A DNA stretch of 55,712 nt, taken from positions 1-55,712 of the forward strand of contig CAYQUK010000002.1 in the NCBI GenBank assembly GCA_964420875.1. Direction: 5' to 3'. Source of the DNA: an uncultured Candidatus Saccharibacteria bacterium (GTDB lineage: Bacteria > Patescibacteriota > Minisyncoccia > Phycocordibacterales > UBA5272). Under the pieces are notes generated by a model. The model was given only the letters and a program-made list of their open reading frames with translations. It had not been told where the DNA came from and made no database searches. The position numbers were made by a program, and so were the translations under genes. Below, in pieces: positions 36,638 through 45,237 of the stretch (position 1 is the first letter of the stretch; every line of letters starts with the position of its first letter).

Positions 36638-38789
36638 CAGGTTCAGTTGTTGTCGGTGTATCTACAACAGGAACAAGATCTCCCCCAAAAGGACAGGATT
36701 TGTTCTGAGCCCAAACCTGTATAGGGGTATTCCAGAGATTGTACTGTGAGTCGTTATAGCTCTGCACCCCACCATTTGAACCGATGTCTCCAAGTATTGT
36801 GTGTACCGGTTGTCCAGCACCACACCATACACCCCTAATAATAGGCAAAGCGTCAGAGGGTGTTGGTGTTGGTTTATCAAAATAAGAAACAGGAGTGTTA
36901 TTAAGGGCTACGCTCATAAATTTTTTCCAAATAGGGGCCACAACCATACCAGCAACTTTTTTGTCTATAGGTGTGTTGTCATTATTACCAGCCCACATGC
37001 CCACAGCCAGGTCAGGGGTGTACCCTACAACCCAAACGTCTTTATAGTCGTTTGTGGTACCTGTTTTAGCCGCCACAGGCCTATCCGAGAAGTACAACGC
37101 GCTATTCGCCCCAAAAGAAGGGATACGAGCGTTATTGTCGGTCAAAACATCACTCAAAATATCTGTGTATTCTTTCGGCACCACATCTTTTTCTTGAGGT
37201 GTATATTTTTCTAAAACATTACCACCCAAGTCTTTCACCTCCAATATCATTGCTGGAGGGTTATAAACACCATTATTTGCAAACACAGCATATGTATTTG
37301 TTAATTCGAGTAGCGTCACCTCACCACCACCCAAAACTAAAGACAAACCAAAACGAGAACTGTCACCCAGAGTTGTTATGCCCAAACTTTTTGCAAAGTT
37401 AATAGCATTCTGCACACCAACTATATACAGAGTTTTAACTGCAGGAATGTTGAGGGATTGTTGTAGGGCTGAACGTAGAGATATTGGGCCACGGTACTCC
37501 CCGTCATAGTTGACAGGCATATAACATTTCTTTTTATCTCCCCCAGACAGCGGGTTGCCGTATGCGTCACAATAAGTGCTGAATTGTGTTGGCAGGTCGA
37601 ACAATACAGTGTCAGGTGTGAGCCCTTTCATAAATGCGAGCAGGTAAACAATTGGTTTAAATGCTGACCCTGGCTGACGAAGCGCTGTCGCAATATTGTA
37701 CTGACCATCTATGTCTTTGTCGAAATAGTCACGAGAACCTACAAGACTCAGTATTTGACCTGTTTTTACATCTATCGCTACCAACGCAGCATTTTCCGCC
37801 TTATATTTTTTTTCATTATCTAACGCCCCCTGCTTTACTATTTCCTCTGCATTTTTTTGTAAATTCCAATCGAGAGTGCTAATTATTTTTAACCCCCCAT
37901 TCTCAACAACGTCTTCACCGTATTTGTTTTCCAAGTACTCACGCACCATAAATACAAAATGAAAAGCCTTACCATTGCTGTTTTCTTGAGGCTGGAATGT
38001 TATTCTTGTGTTTTTTGCTTCGGCGTACTGTGTGTCGTCTATCATGTTTAATTCAAACATACGAGAAAGCACTAAGTTTTTTCTTTTCTCCAGCTCATCC
38101 AAATGTTTACCATAAGGTGAGTAGTATGATGGTGCCTGAGGCATTGCAGCGAGATATGCCGCCTCTACCAAACTCACATCTTTTGCTGATTTACCAAAAT
38201 AAGACTGAGAAGCCTCTTCAACCCCATAAATAGAACCACCATACGGCGACTCATTCAAATACATTGTTAATATTGTGTCTTTGTCCAACTGGGCATCCAG
38301 TTTTATTGCCAAAACCCACTCTTTTATTTTTCTAGGTATACTCTTCTCTCTTGTTAATAAAGCGTTTTTTACAACCTGCTGGGTTATTGTTGATCCTCCT
38401 TGAGATTTTTCACCGCTGGCTATGTTGGCTAACACTGCGCGTATTATGGATTGGAGTCTAATGCCGTAATGTTCATAAAAATGTGAATCCTCTATTGCTA
38501 CGGCAGCCCTTTTTATATTGTCGCTGATCTGTTCGGAAGGAACAACACTACGTTTTATGTTCTCGTGTATATTATACAAAACAATCTTTCCTGTACGGTC
38601 ATATATTTTTGTGCTGTTTGCTATTTTTCTATTTTCAAAATCACTAAAGTCTGGCAGTTTTATGGTGGCAATCCAGACCACAAAAAATGCCGAAGCGATA
38701 AGAGCTAACCCAAAAAGAGCGTAAACAGACTCTTTTACTAGGTGTGAGACAAATCTGTTTCTCTTTGTGTGGTGTTTATGGGTGTTCAT
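36624..38789 (-). CDS. Class A penicillin-binding protein (transglycosylase/transpeptidase)
   Basis: N-terminal TM. GT51 motifs EDSHFYEHYG, GGSTITQQ and RKIKE. Transpeptidase motifs SAFKP (SxxK), SLN and KTGT. Confidence 0.9.
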   Translation of the reverse strand: MNTHKHHTKRNRFVSHLVKESVYALFGLALIASAFFVVWIATIKLPDFSDFENRKIANSTKIYDRTGKIVLYNIHENIKRSVVPSEQISDNIKRAAVAIEDSHFYEHYGIRLQSIIRAVLANIASGEKSQGGSTITQQVVKNALLTREKSIPRKIKEWVLAIKLDAQLDKDTILTMYLNESPYGGSIYGVEEASQSYFGKSAKDVSLVEAAYLAAMPQAPSYYSPYGKHLDELEKRKNLVLSRMFELNMIDDTQYAEAKNTRITFQPQENSNGKAFHFVFMVREYLENKYGEDVVENGGLKIISTLDWNLQKNAEEIVKQGALDNEKKYKAENAALVAIDVKTGQILSLVGSRDYFDKDIDGQYNIATALRQPGSAFKPIVYLLAFMKGLTPDTVLFDLPTQFSTYCDAYGNPLSGGDKKKCYMPVNYDGEYRGPISLRSALQQSLNIPAVKTLYIVGVQNAINFAKSLGITTLGDSSRFGLSLVLGGGEVTLLELTNTYAVFANNGVYNPPAMILEVKDLGGNVLEKYTPQEKDVVPKEYTDILSDVLTDNNARIPSFGANSALYFSDRPVAAKTGTTNDYKDVWVVGYTPDLAVGMWAGNNDNTPIDKKVAGMVVAPIWKKFMSVALNNTPVSYFDKPTPTPSDALPIIRGVWCGAGQPVHTILGDIGSNGGVQSYNDSQYNLWNTPIQVWAQNKSCPFGGDLVPVVDTPTTTEPVIGF

Positions 38790-38809
38790 AGATATGATAT
38801 AGTGTTGTT

Positions 38810-40003
38810 ATGCCTAATACTATCACAGATGAAGCCAAGATTAAACAACTCTTGTCAAGAGGTGTGGAAGAGATATTTGTAAAAGAAGATTTTGAAAAAG
38901 ATTTACAAAGCGGTCGTGAGTTGCGTATAAAGTTTGGAATAGACCCAACAGGGCCAAAGATACATTTGGGCCGCGCGATACCAATACGAAAACTTCGTGA
39001 GTTTCAAAAATTAGGACACAAAATAGTTTTAATTATTGGGGATTTTACAGCTCAAATAGGTGACGCTAGCGACAAGACAGAGAAACGTCCAATGCTAACT
39101 CGTGCCGCAATAGACGAAAACCTCAAGGACTACAAGAGTCAAATAGGAAAAATATTGGATCTGGATAAGGTGGAATTTGTTTATAATAATGATTGGCTTT
39201 CAAAATTAACATTTCAAGATGTCACACAGCTGGCAGAGTGTTTTACTGTTCAACAGATGTTAGCAAGACGCAATTTTAAAGACAGATATGACGCAAACGT
39301 TGAGATATCACTTCGCGAGTTCCTGTACCCACTTATGCAAGGTTATGACAGTTATGCTGTGAGGGCTGATGTGGAGATTGGTGGCTTTGATCAGCTTTTT
39401 AATCTAAAGGCCGGCAGGGTAATACAAGATTTCTTTGGAATGCCAAAACAAAACATAATGAATTTACAAATGCTCGAGGGCATAGACGGACGAAAGATGT
39501 CTACTAGTTGGGGTAATATCATAACCGTTGTGGATGAGCCGAACGATATGTTTGGGAAAATCATGTCTCTTCGTGACGAGTTGATTATCAAATATTTTAG
39601 ACTTTGTACTGACATAGATGACGAGATTGTTTCTAAATACGAGGACGAGTTAAAAGATAGCGACAACAATCCGAGAGACATCAAATTCATCTTGGCCGAA
39701 GAGATAGTAAAAATGTATCATAATGAAAAGCTGGCATCTCAAGCCAAACAGAATTTTATAGAAGTGTTCCAAAACAAAGGAATACCCGATAACATACCAG
39801 AAATAGATGGGGAAGAGGGAGACACTTTTGCGGATCTGGCCATGAAGGCAAAACAAATTGAAAGCAAGGCAGAGTGGAAGAGATTGGTCGAAGACGGGGC
39901 TGTGTCTTTTGAAGACGAAACAAAAATAACCAACTATAAAGAGTTGGCAAAATCTAGTGTTATAAAAATTGGCAAGAAAAGATTCTTAAAAATTAAAATC
40001 TAG
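38810..40003 (+). CDS. tyrS: Tyrosine--tRNA ligase
   Basis: Class I signature region PTGPKIHLGR (HIGH-like), KMSTS (KMSKS), and a C-terminal S4-like segment (WKRLVEDGAVSFEDE). Confidence 0.88.
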   Translation: MPNTITDEAKIKQLLSRGVEEIFVKEDFEKDLQSGRELRIKFGIDPTGPKIHLGRAIPIRKLREFQKLGHKIVLIIGDFTAQIGDASDKTEKRPMLTRAAIDENLKDYKSQIGKILDLDKVEFVYNNDWLSKLTFQDVTQLAECFTVQQMLARRNFKDRYDANVEISLREFLYPLMQGYDSYAVRADVEIGGFDQLFNLKAGRVIQDFFGMPKQNIMNLQMLEGIDGRKMSTSWGNIITVVDEPNDMFGKIMSLRDELIIKYFRLCTDIDDEIVSKYEDELKDSDNNPRDIKFILAEEIVKMYHNEKLASQAKQNFIEVFQNKGIPDNIPEIDGEEGDTFADLAMKAKQIESKAEWKRLVEDGAVSFEDETKITNYKELAKSSVIKIGKKRFLKIKI

Positions 40004-40170
40004 TACCAGTCTCGCGGGTCATCATGAGGAAAGGCAATATCTAGGTCGTCATCGTCATCGCTAACTACCAATATTTCAACTTCTTCCACCTCTACAAACT
40101 CATCCCCGAGGGCCGCCTCTAATGCGTCAGGGTTCATTGATTCTTCATTTGGTTCTTTTTCTTCCTCCAT
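40000..40170 (-). CDS. Possible small acidic protein (56 aa) downstream of ruvC
   Basis: Below the ORF-track cutoff. My translation is MEEEKEPNEESMNPDALEAALGDEFVEVEEVEILVVSDDDDDLDIAFPHDDPRDWY. No clear SD. Its stop overlaps the tyrS stop on the other strand. Confidence 0.25.
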   Translation of the reverse strand: MEEEKEPNEESMNPDALEAALGDEFVEVEEVEILVVSDDDDDLDIAFPHDDPRDWY

Positions 40171-40195
40171 ATTGCTTTTGATTCTTGATAAGATA

Positions 40196-40687
40196 TCAAA
40201 TTGTCTTCAAATATGCAAGTGCCGCTATGCCGCAAGCTATGGCGTCATACTCATCGTCCAGCCCTGTTTTGGTTTTGTGTTTGGTTAGCATTTTTACCAT
40301 TTTTATAACCTCATCCTTTTTAGCAGCGCCAGAGCCAGCCACAGCAAGTTTTATTTTTTGTGGAGTCATCTCTACTATTTTTATATTTTTCCTAACAGCT
40401 ATCAACTTTACAGCCCCTTTTATTTCAGCGACATTTATAACACTCTTTGCGTTTTTGTGCATAAAGACAGCCTCCATACACAACAAGGTTGGGCTGTACT
40501 CGGCGACAACTTTTTCAAATTCACCAATGACATACATTAGTCGTCCTTCAAATGTCATTTTCTTATCGCTACAAATACAATCAGAATATAGGACCTCTTC
40601 TTTACCTTTGTTTTTTCTGACAACAGAAACACCAAATCTATCAAAACCAGGGTCAACAGCAATCACTATACTATTTTCCAGTAACAT
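40196..40687 (-). CDS. ruvC: Crossover junction endodeoxyribonuclease RuvC
   Basis: IAVDPGFDRFGVSVV N-terminal catalytic Asp motif and a C-terminal DEYDAIACGIAA motif of RuvC. Confidence 0.85.
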   Translation of the reverse strand: MLLENSIVIAVDPGFDRFGVSVVRKNKGKEEVLYSDCICSDKKMTFEGRLMYVIGEFEKVVAEYSPTLLCMEAVFMHKNAKSVINVAEIKGAVKLIAVRKNIKIVEMTPQKIKLAVAGSGAAKKDEVIKMVKMLTKHKTKTGLDDEYDAIACGIAALAYLKTI

Positions 40688-41678
40688 GTTTTTTGCCTTG
40701 CTCGGTTAACATCCTACCTCTCGTAGTTTTTTCAATCAGTCCCATTTGCAACAGATATGGCTCGATAACGTCCTCCAATGTGTTGTCTTCTTCTGATAAC
40801 GTTGCAGCTAATGTCGATAGTCCAACCGGACCACCATCAAACTTGTCCATCAGTGCTGACAAGTATTCGCGCTCACTGTGCCCCAGTCCGTGCTCGTCTA
40901 TTTCCAACATCTCGAGTGCGGTTCGTACGGTGTCCAGGTTTAGTGGCACACCACTAACCTCCGCATAGTCACGAGCGCGTTTTAAATAGAAGTTTGCAAT
41001 GCGTGGTGTGTATCTACTACGTTTTGCTATTTCTAATGCGGCTTCCATGTTTATATTTGCCCCCAATGTCTCACTGCTACGCATTACTATTTTTGCGAGC
41101 TCTTCTAATGTGTAAAATTGTAATCTGTATGTACCACCTGAAAATCTAGATCGCAGCGGTGAAGAGAGTAGTGACACACGAGTCGTCGCTCCAACGAGAG
41201 TGAATGGGGGAATGTCTAACTGTATACTGCGTGCCGCAGGGCCCTTGCCAATTATTATGTCGAGCACACCAGACTCCATAGCAGGGTATAGCACCTCTTC
41301 TATTAATTTGTTCAGTCTGTGTATCTCATCTATAAACAACACGTCATGCGGTTGTAAGTTGGTTAATATCGCAGCCAGGTCGCCCACTTTTGTGAGAGTT
41401 GGACCAGATGTGATTTTAATATTTGTGTTCAATGTTCTCGCTATGATGTGTGCGAGTGTTGTTTTGCCGAGTCCTGGTGGACCATATAACAATATATGTT
41501 CTGGTGGTGACCCACGAGCTAGAGCCGCCTCGAGCAACACCCCAACATTTTTCTTTATGACCTCTTGCCCAATATAATATTCAAATGAAGTAGGGCGTAA
41601 GGTTGCATCTAGATGTTTTGCATCAGGGGAAGCAGATACGCCGTCTATATTTTCGTCTTCTTTTTGGGTACTTGACAT
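40671..41678 (-). CDS. ruvB: Holliday junction branch migration ATPase RuvB
   Basis: Walker A GPPGLGKTT, Walker B LFIDEIHRL, sensor GATTR, and a winged-helix C-terminus. Confidence 0.95.
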   Translation of the reverse strand: MSSTQKEDENIDGVSASPDAKHLDATLRPTSFEYYIGQEVIKKNVGVLLEAALARGSPPEHILLYGPPGLGKTTLAHIIARTLNTNIKITSGPTLTKVGDLAAILTNLQPHDVLFIDEIHRLNKLIEEVLYPAMESGVLDIIIGKGPAARSIQLDIPPFTLVGATTRVSLLSSPLRSRFSGGTYRLQFYTLEELAKIVMRSSETLGANINMEAALEIAKRSRYTPRIANFYLKRARDYAEVSGVPLNLDTVRTALEMLEIDEHGLGHSEREYLSALMDKFDGGPVGLSTLAATLSEEDNTLEDVIEPYLLQMGLIEKTTRGRMLTEQGKKHVTGK

Positions 41679-41699
41679 GAAGTTTAAATGTGTTATAAT
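41672..41699 (+). promoter_or_regulatory. Consensus sigma70-type promoter driving the candidate sRNA
   Basis: TTGACA (41672-77), 16-nt spacer, TATAAT (41694-99) with TGt just upstream. It overlaps the ruvB start codon on the opposite strand. Confidence 0.5.
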
Positions 41700-41705
41700 G
41701 GCTGG

Positions 41706-41878
41706 CAGTTAAGTTTCTAAATAGCTCACTAATCTTTAAGCAATCGGGTTTACCCATAGTTCTAATACGGAGGACGTTTTGGTTCGGATAGCATTTGTTA
41801 TCCTACTGCGGCTATCCTCATGTAGGAAATATTCTTCACCAAGGGGTTGTTTAAAGATTAATGAGCTTTTTATTTTTC
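41706..41878 (+). ncRNA. Candidate structured sRNA (rod-like, 6S-like shape; identity unknown)
   Basis: No ORF. A 23-bp closing helix pairs 41723-41745 with 41845-41867 (one C.A mismatch, two G.U). An apical hairpin GGATAGC-ATTT-GTTATCC sits at 41786-41803. The 3' arm is followed by TTTTTATTTTT. A consensus promoter lies upstream. Confidence 0.45.
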
Positions 41879-43570
41879 GTATATATCCACAACTGTTTCC
41901 AGCTCTTCTAGTGAGGTGACCCCCTCTAGCATTTTTATTATACCATCTTCGCGCATAGTGGGTATGAGTTGAGGTATTGCCACCTCGCGCAGCTCGCGCT
42001 CACCTTTTCCAGCTACCGCCGCTTCCTCTATCTCTCTTGTCATTTGTATGGCCTCAAATATTCCAATACGTCCTTTGTAGCCGTTGTGACACGCTTCACA
42101 TCCATCAGGATTTGCTGCTCCAACTTTATATATTTTTTGTGGCTGCACAGAGACCTCTTTGCCATCTGCCACCATATTGCCGAGTATGTCAGTGATAAGT
42201 TTTGATTCCTCTGTTGTTGTCTCTCTGTCTACTTTACAATGCGGGCAAAGTTTACGGCATAGGCGCTGAGCCATTACGAGGCCTATTGACGAGCCCAATG
42301 TTTTTGCATCAACTCCAAGGTCTATCATGCGAGGTATCGCTCCTGCGGCCGAGTTGGTGTGTAGGGTAGAGAGGACAATGTGACCGGTGAGCGCTGCGCT
42401 GGCTGCGACTTTTGCTGTATCTTCGTCACGTATCTCTCCCACCATTATAATGTCTGGGTCTTGGCGCAAGGCCGCGCGCAAACCGAGGAGAAATGTGTAG
42501 TCTTTTTTTGTGTCGACTTGCGTCTGTGTGATGCCGTTCATGTGATACTCTATTGGGTCCTCGATAGTGATAATTTTTTTCTCAGGTGTATAGGTTTTCT
42601 TTAGACACGCATACAAGGTTGTAGATTTACCTGATCCTGTTGGCCCAGTATTTAGTATCATGCCATATGGTTTTTTTAGGGATCTCTCAAGAAGTGAGAA
42701 AACTTTTGCATTCATACCAAGAGAGTCAAAACTAACATTCGCTGCTTTTGGATCCAATATTCTCATCACATAGTTCTCACCATAATTTCCAGGCACCAGT
42801 GATACACGCACTTCTATTTTTGCACCCTCAAACTCTATTTCAAATCTTCCATCTTGTGCTACTTTTTGAGTTGATAGTTTTAAACCAGAGAGCAGCTTGA
42901 GGCGACTATTTACCAGATTAAAAGTTTTTATATCTGTAAAGAAAACATCTTGCAACATACCGTCTATGCGATATCTGACTTTTACAGCATCATCCTCTGG
43001 CTCTATGTGTATGTCACTCACTCCAAAATGTATAGCCCCCACCAATGTCATCTCGATTATTTTTGAGACCCTCTCTCTGTTTTCATTCATCACAACCTTT
43101 TCTAGTCTAGTTCTGAACTCCGGCAGGGTGGTGATGTCTTGTAATAACTCCTTTAAATGTGACTCGTTGAGATCCACCAGACCACGCTCTGTTGTTGTCT
43201 CCGAGTCGAGGTCTTTATATCTCTGCTGCACTCTTTTGATAGAAGTTTTCGAAGCGACATATATTATTGGTTTCTCATCTCTCGTTGACACACTCGCCAA
43301 GTATTGCACCACATCATCACGAGTGGGGTCCTTTATCGCCACATGCATTTGTCTGCCAACTAGGCGGAACGGCACCAAGTCATATTTTTCAGATTCAGCC
43401 ACCGGGATTTTTGCTAACGCGTCCAACTCAGGACTTTTGATACGCAGGTCCACATAGGGGAGTCCAGATTGTTGAGCCAGGTACTCAGCCTCACGCTCCT
43501 CGTCATCACTAGCCAGTTTATCTAGACTAGTTTTGATTTTTAATTCCGCGACATCGTTTAACATAATCAA
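41870..43570 (-). CDS. PilB/GspE-family type II/IV secretion ATPase
   Basis: Walker A GPTGSGKST, Asp box, Walker B IMVGEIRD, His box LSTLHTN, and a tetracysteine motif CPHC..CEAC. Confidence 0.9.
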   Translation of the reverse strand: MIMLNDVAELKIKTSLDKLASDDEEREAEYLAQQSGLPYVDLRIKSPELDALAKIPVAESEKYDLVPFRLVGRQMHVAIKDPTRDDVVQYLASVSTRDEKPIIYVASKTSIKRVQQRYKDLDSETTTERGLVDLNESHLKELLQDITTLPEFRTRLEKVVMNENRERVSKIIEMTLVGAIHFGVSDIHIEPEDDAVKVRYRIDGMLQDVFFTDIKTFNLVNSRLKLLSGLKLSTQKVAQDGRFEIEFEGAKIEVRVSLVPGNYGENYVMRILDPKAANVSFDSLGMNAKVFSLLERSLKKPYGMILNTGPTGSGKSTTLYACLKKTYTPEKKIITIEDPIEYHMNGITQTQVDTKKDYTFLLGLRAALRQDPDIIMVGEIRDEDTAKVAASAALTGHIVLSTLHTNSAAGAIPRMIDLGVDAKTLGSSIGLVMAQRLCRKLCPHCKVDRETTTEESKLITDILGNMVADGKEVSVQPQKIYKVGAANPDGCEACHNGYKGRIGIFEAIQMTREIEEAAVAGKGERELREVAIPQLIPTMREDGIIKMLEGVTSLEELETVVDIYEK

Positions 43571-43615
43571 ATTATATACTATTTAAAACTATAGAGGCGT
43601 CAGCTCTCTACACCC

Positions 43616-43643
43616 TTGACAATATTTTATTTTCATTTAGAAT
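43616..43643 (+). promoter_or_regulatory. Promoter P1 of GC-rich cassette 1
   Basis: TTGACA (43616-21), 16 nt, TAGAAT (43638-43). Confidence 0.55.
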
Positions 43644-43693
43644 GCGTTTGGGAATATCGCGGCACCCAGCCGCATAACTATCGTGAGGTTTCT

Positions 43694-44011
43694 ATGAAAA
43701 AGCTCCTTCTTGCTGCCGTTTTGGCGGCCATCTCTTGTACGGCCTCGGCCGACTTTGTGCAGGATAAAAAGATGTCCGCACCGGTCGGCTTCGCGGTACC
43801 ATTCGAACACAAAGAGAGCGTGGTTCTCGGTCTGCTTACTGCCGAGCTCCAGTTTCCTTACGGCGATGAGCCGGTTCAAATCATCAACGGCCCCAATGGG
43901 CCTGAGTGTGAGAAGGGGCAATTGATGATTGCCCCAGACCGCCGGCTTAGCTGTAGCCAAGGCAACATCTTCGTGCTGGGTTTGAAAAAACTCCTTCCGG
44001 AACCAAAATAG
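43694..44011 (+). CDS. Small secreted protein (GC-rich cassette 1, hypothetical)
   Basis: ATG at 43694 preceded by GAGG. Signal peptide MKKLLLAAVLAAISCTASA. 105 aa with two further Cys. GC was 37/60 in line 43741. Confidence 0.65.
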   Translation: MKKLLLAAVLAAISCTASADFVQDKKMSAPVGFAVPFEHKESVVLGLLTAELQFPYGDEPVQIINGPNGPECEKGQLMIAPDRRLSCSQGNIFVLGLKKLLPEPK

Positions 44012-44033
44012 AAGCAGGGTTGTCCGGAAAAAA

Positions 44034-44056
44034 GGCTTGCCGTTGCAAGCCTTTTT
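44034..44056 (+). terminator. Intrinsic terminator of cassette 1
   Basis: GGCTTGC-cgtt-GCAAGCC stem followed by T5. Confidence 0.7.
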
Positions 44057-44081
44057 CTTATCGAGGGTTAATTTGCTGTAC

Positions 44082-44109
44082 TTGACAAACGCAGCAAATG
44101 GTGTATACT
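44082..44109 (+). promoter_or_regulatory. Promoter P2 of GC-rich cassette 2
   Basis: TTGACA (44082-87), 16 nt, TATACT (44104-09) in the context GGTGTATACT. Confidence 0.55.
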
Positions 44110-44153
44110 GTGTCTAGTATAGAAACCCGCTCAATTCTATAGGAGAAAGAGCA

Positions 44154-44552
44154 ATGTACACTAAAATTCTCGTCGCCGTTCTCGTGATTACCACACTGAT
44201 TCTGCATGGTTGTGTTGTTGTTCCGGCAAATGGGTATGGCCAAGCCGCACCACACATAACAAGCTCCAACTACGGGCGAGTCCAACCTTGTGCTCCAGGA
44301 TCCGTTGCTGTTGGACGCAACCCGAACGGGAGTCTTGTCTGTCAGTGGCAAAATCACAATGGACAACAGGGTTCTGGTCTTCCAAATGGGTGCGTGCGTA
44401 CCGTTTACGGCATGCACTGCAGCCAAGCTGACGGATACACGTTGCAGCAACCGCAAATTCCACCACGGACAAACCAACAACAAGTCCAACCAACATGTCC
44501 TAATGGTTACCGCTTGCAAAGCGTAAACGGACAACTCAGGTGTGTTCCTTAG
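44154..44552 (+). CDS. Probable lipoprotein with three Cys pairs (GC-rich cassette 2, hypothetical)
   Basis: SD AGGAG. N-terminus MYTKILVAVLVITTLILHGC is lipobox-like (LHGC). Gln/Pro/Asn/Gly-rich mature part with the paired cysteines PCAPG..LVC, NGC..MHC and TCPNG..LRC. Confidence 0.65.
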   Translation: MYTKILVAVLVITTLILHGCVVVPANGYGQAAPHITSSNYGRVQPCAPGSVAVGRNPNGSLVCQWQNHNGQQGSGLPNGCVRTVYGMHCSQADGYTLQQPQIPPRTNQQQVQPTCPNGYRLQSVNGQLRCVP

Positions 44553-44638
44553 TTTCTTGAGTGGGGTTACGGGGGAGTGATACTCCCGACAACAGCAATA
44601 TCGGCACACCTTCCCCAACGTGCCGCATTATCCCCACA

Positions 44639-44665
44639 CCGACCCCTCAAAAGGTCGGTTTTTTC
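44639..44665 (+). terminator. Intrinsic terminator of cassette 2
   Basis: CCGACC-cctcaaaa-GGTCGG stem followed by T6. Two smaller hairpins precede it in the 86-nt 3' UTR. Confidence 0.7.
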
Positions 44666-44714
44666 TTGTCTATTTTCATATTAAAAAGTAACACTTACAC
44701 CTTTTGGTCTAGTC

Positions 44715-44742
44715 TTGACAAGTTGATAAAAAGGTGTATACT
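44715..44742 (+). promoter_or_regulatory. Promoter P3 of GC-rich cassette 3
   Basis: TTGACA (44715-20), 16 nt, TATACT (44737-42) in the context GGTGTATACT. A roughly 100-nt AT-rich leader follows. Confidence 0.55.
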
Positions 44743-44853
44743 ATACAACAGAGGTTTTGAGAAATAATCTTTATTCATAAGGGTAATTTACAAAACTTTC
44801 TTTTTTAATTTTTTTTACGGTGAGATAATATCAAAAATCTGTACGGAGAAAAT

Positions 44854-45237
44854 ATGTCCACGAAAGTAGATCCTGTAGCAAAAGCTTTGTCTGCAAAGAC
44901 AGTTGCGACGGCGACTAAGGCGGTGGAGGATCTCAAATTCTCCTACTACATGCCGAAACATTTTTGGCCACTTGTGGCTCTCGGAGCCGTGGTGGTCCTT
45001 ATCATTGCTATAAATGTTTGGCAGTGGTCAACGTCCTCGGCAATCGATGACGCCCGTAAGAGCGGCATCAAAACTGGAATTGAACAGCAGGAAAAAGATG
45101 AGAAAGCAAGGGCGGTCGATGCGCAGCACAAAGCCACCCGGGAGGAGCTGTATGAGGCTCTTAAACGGCTGAGTGCTGCCGGGGGTGGTCGCCAGTCTGT
45201 TCTCAAGGACGTCGAGGTGACAGCAAAAAAGCCGTAG
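44854..45237 (+). CDS. Single-pass membrane protein (GC-rich cassette 3), zero-frame product
   Basis: SD GGAG at 44845-48. One TM (HFWPLVALGAVVVLIIAINVW), then a charged helical region. It ends at TAG 45235-37, only 4 nt after an A_AAA_AAG heptamer. Confidence 0.6.
   Translation: MSTKVDPVAKALSAKTVATATKAVEDLKFSYYMPKHFWPLVALGAVVVLIIAINVWQWSTSSAIDDARKSGIKTGIEQQEKDEKARAVDAQHKATREELYEALKRLSAAGGGRQSVLKDVEVTAKKP
45225..45231 (+). promoter_or_regulatory. A_AAA_AAG slippery heptamer (possible -1 frameshift site or homopolymer indel)
   Basis: Zero-frame codons are GCA AAA AAG, so the heptamer is in the X_XXY_YYZ register. GAGGTG lies 5 nt upstream. A CGCCT-gaggctg-AGGCG hairpin begins 6 nt downstream. 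Confidence 0.35.

Noticed and set aside
38790-38809. T-box leader upstream of tyrS
   Set aside because: Only 20 nt separate the divergent PBP start from the tyrS start, which is far too short for a T-box riboswitch.
41706-41878. SRP (4.5S) RNA, tmRNA, RNase P RNA, T-box or known riboswitch identity for the ruvB-pilB intergenic RNA
   Set aside because: It has no GGAA tetraloop or AGCA symmetric-loop motif of SRP domain IV. It is too short for tmRNA or RNase P. It has no T-box specifier/antiterminator layout and no downstream plus-strand gene to regulate.
44058-44618. 186-aa minus-strand ORF antisense to cassette 2; similar antisense ORFs at 45566..46141, 45028..45318, 45203..45403 and 54418..54879
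   Set aside because: These are shadow ORFs typical of GC-rich coding DNA. They run across the promoters and terminators of the plus-strand units and lack SD sites and export signals. The plus-strand genes have complete expression signals.
44553-44702. In-frame open reading after the TAG stop of cassette 2 (possible stop-codon readthrough)
   Set aside because: The extension runs straight through the terminator hairpin and T-run and has no protein-like features, so it is most likely a chance open frame in GC-rich sequence.
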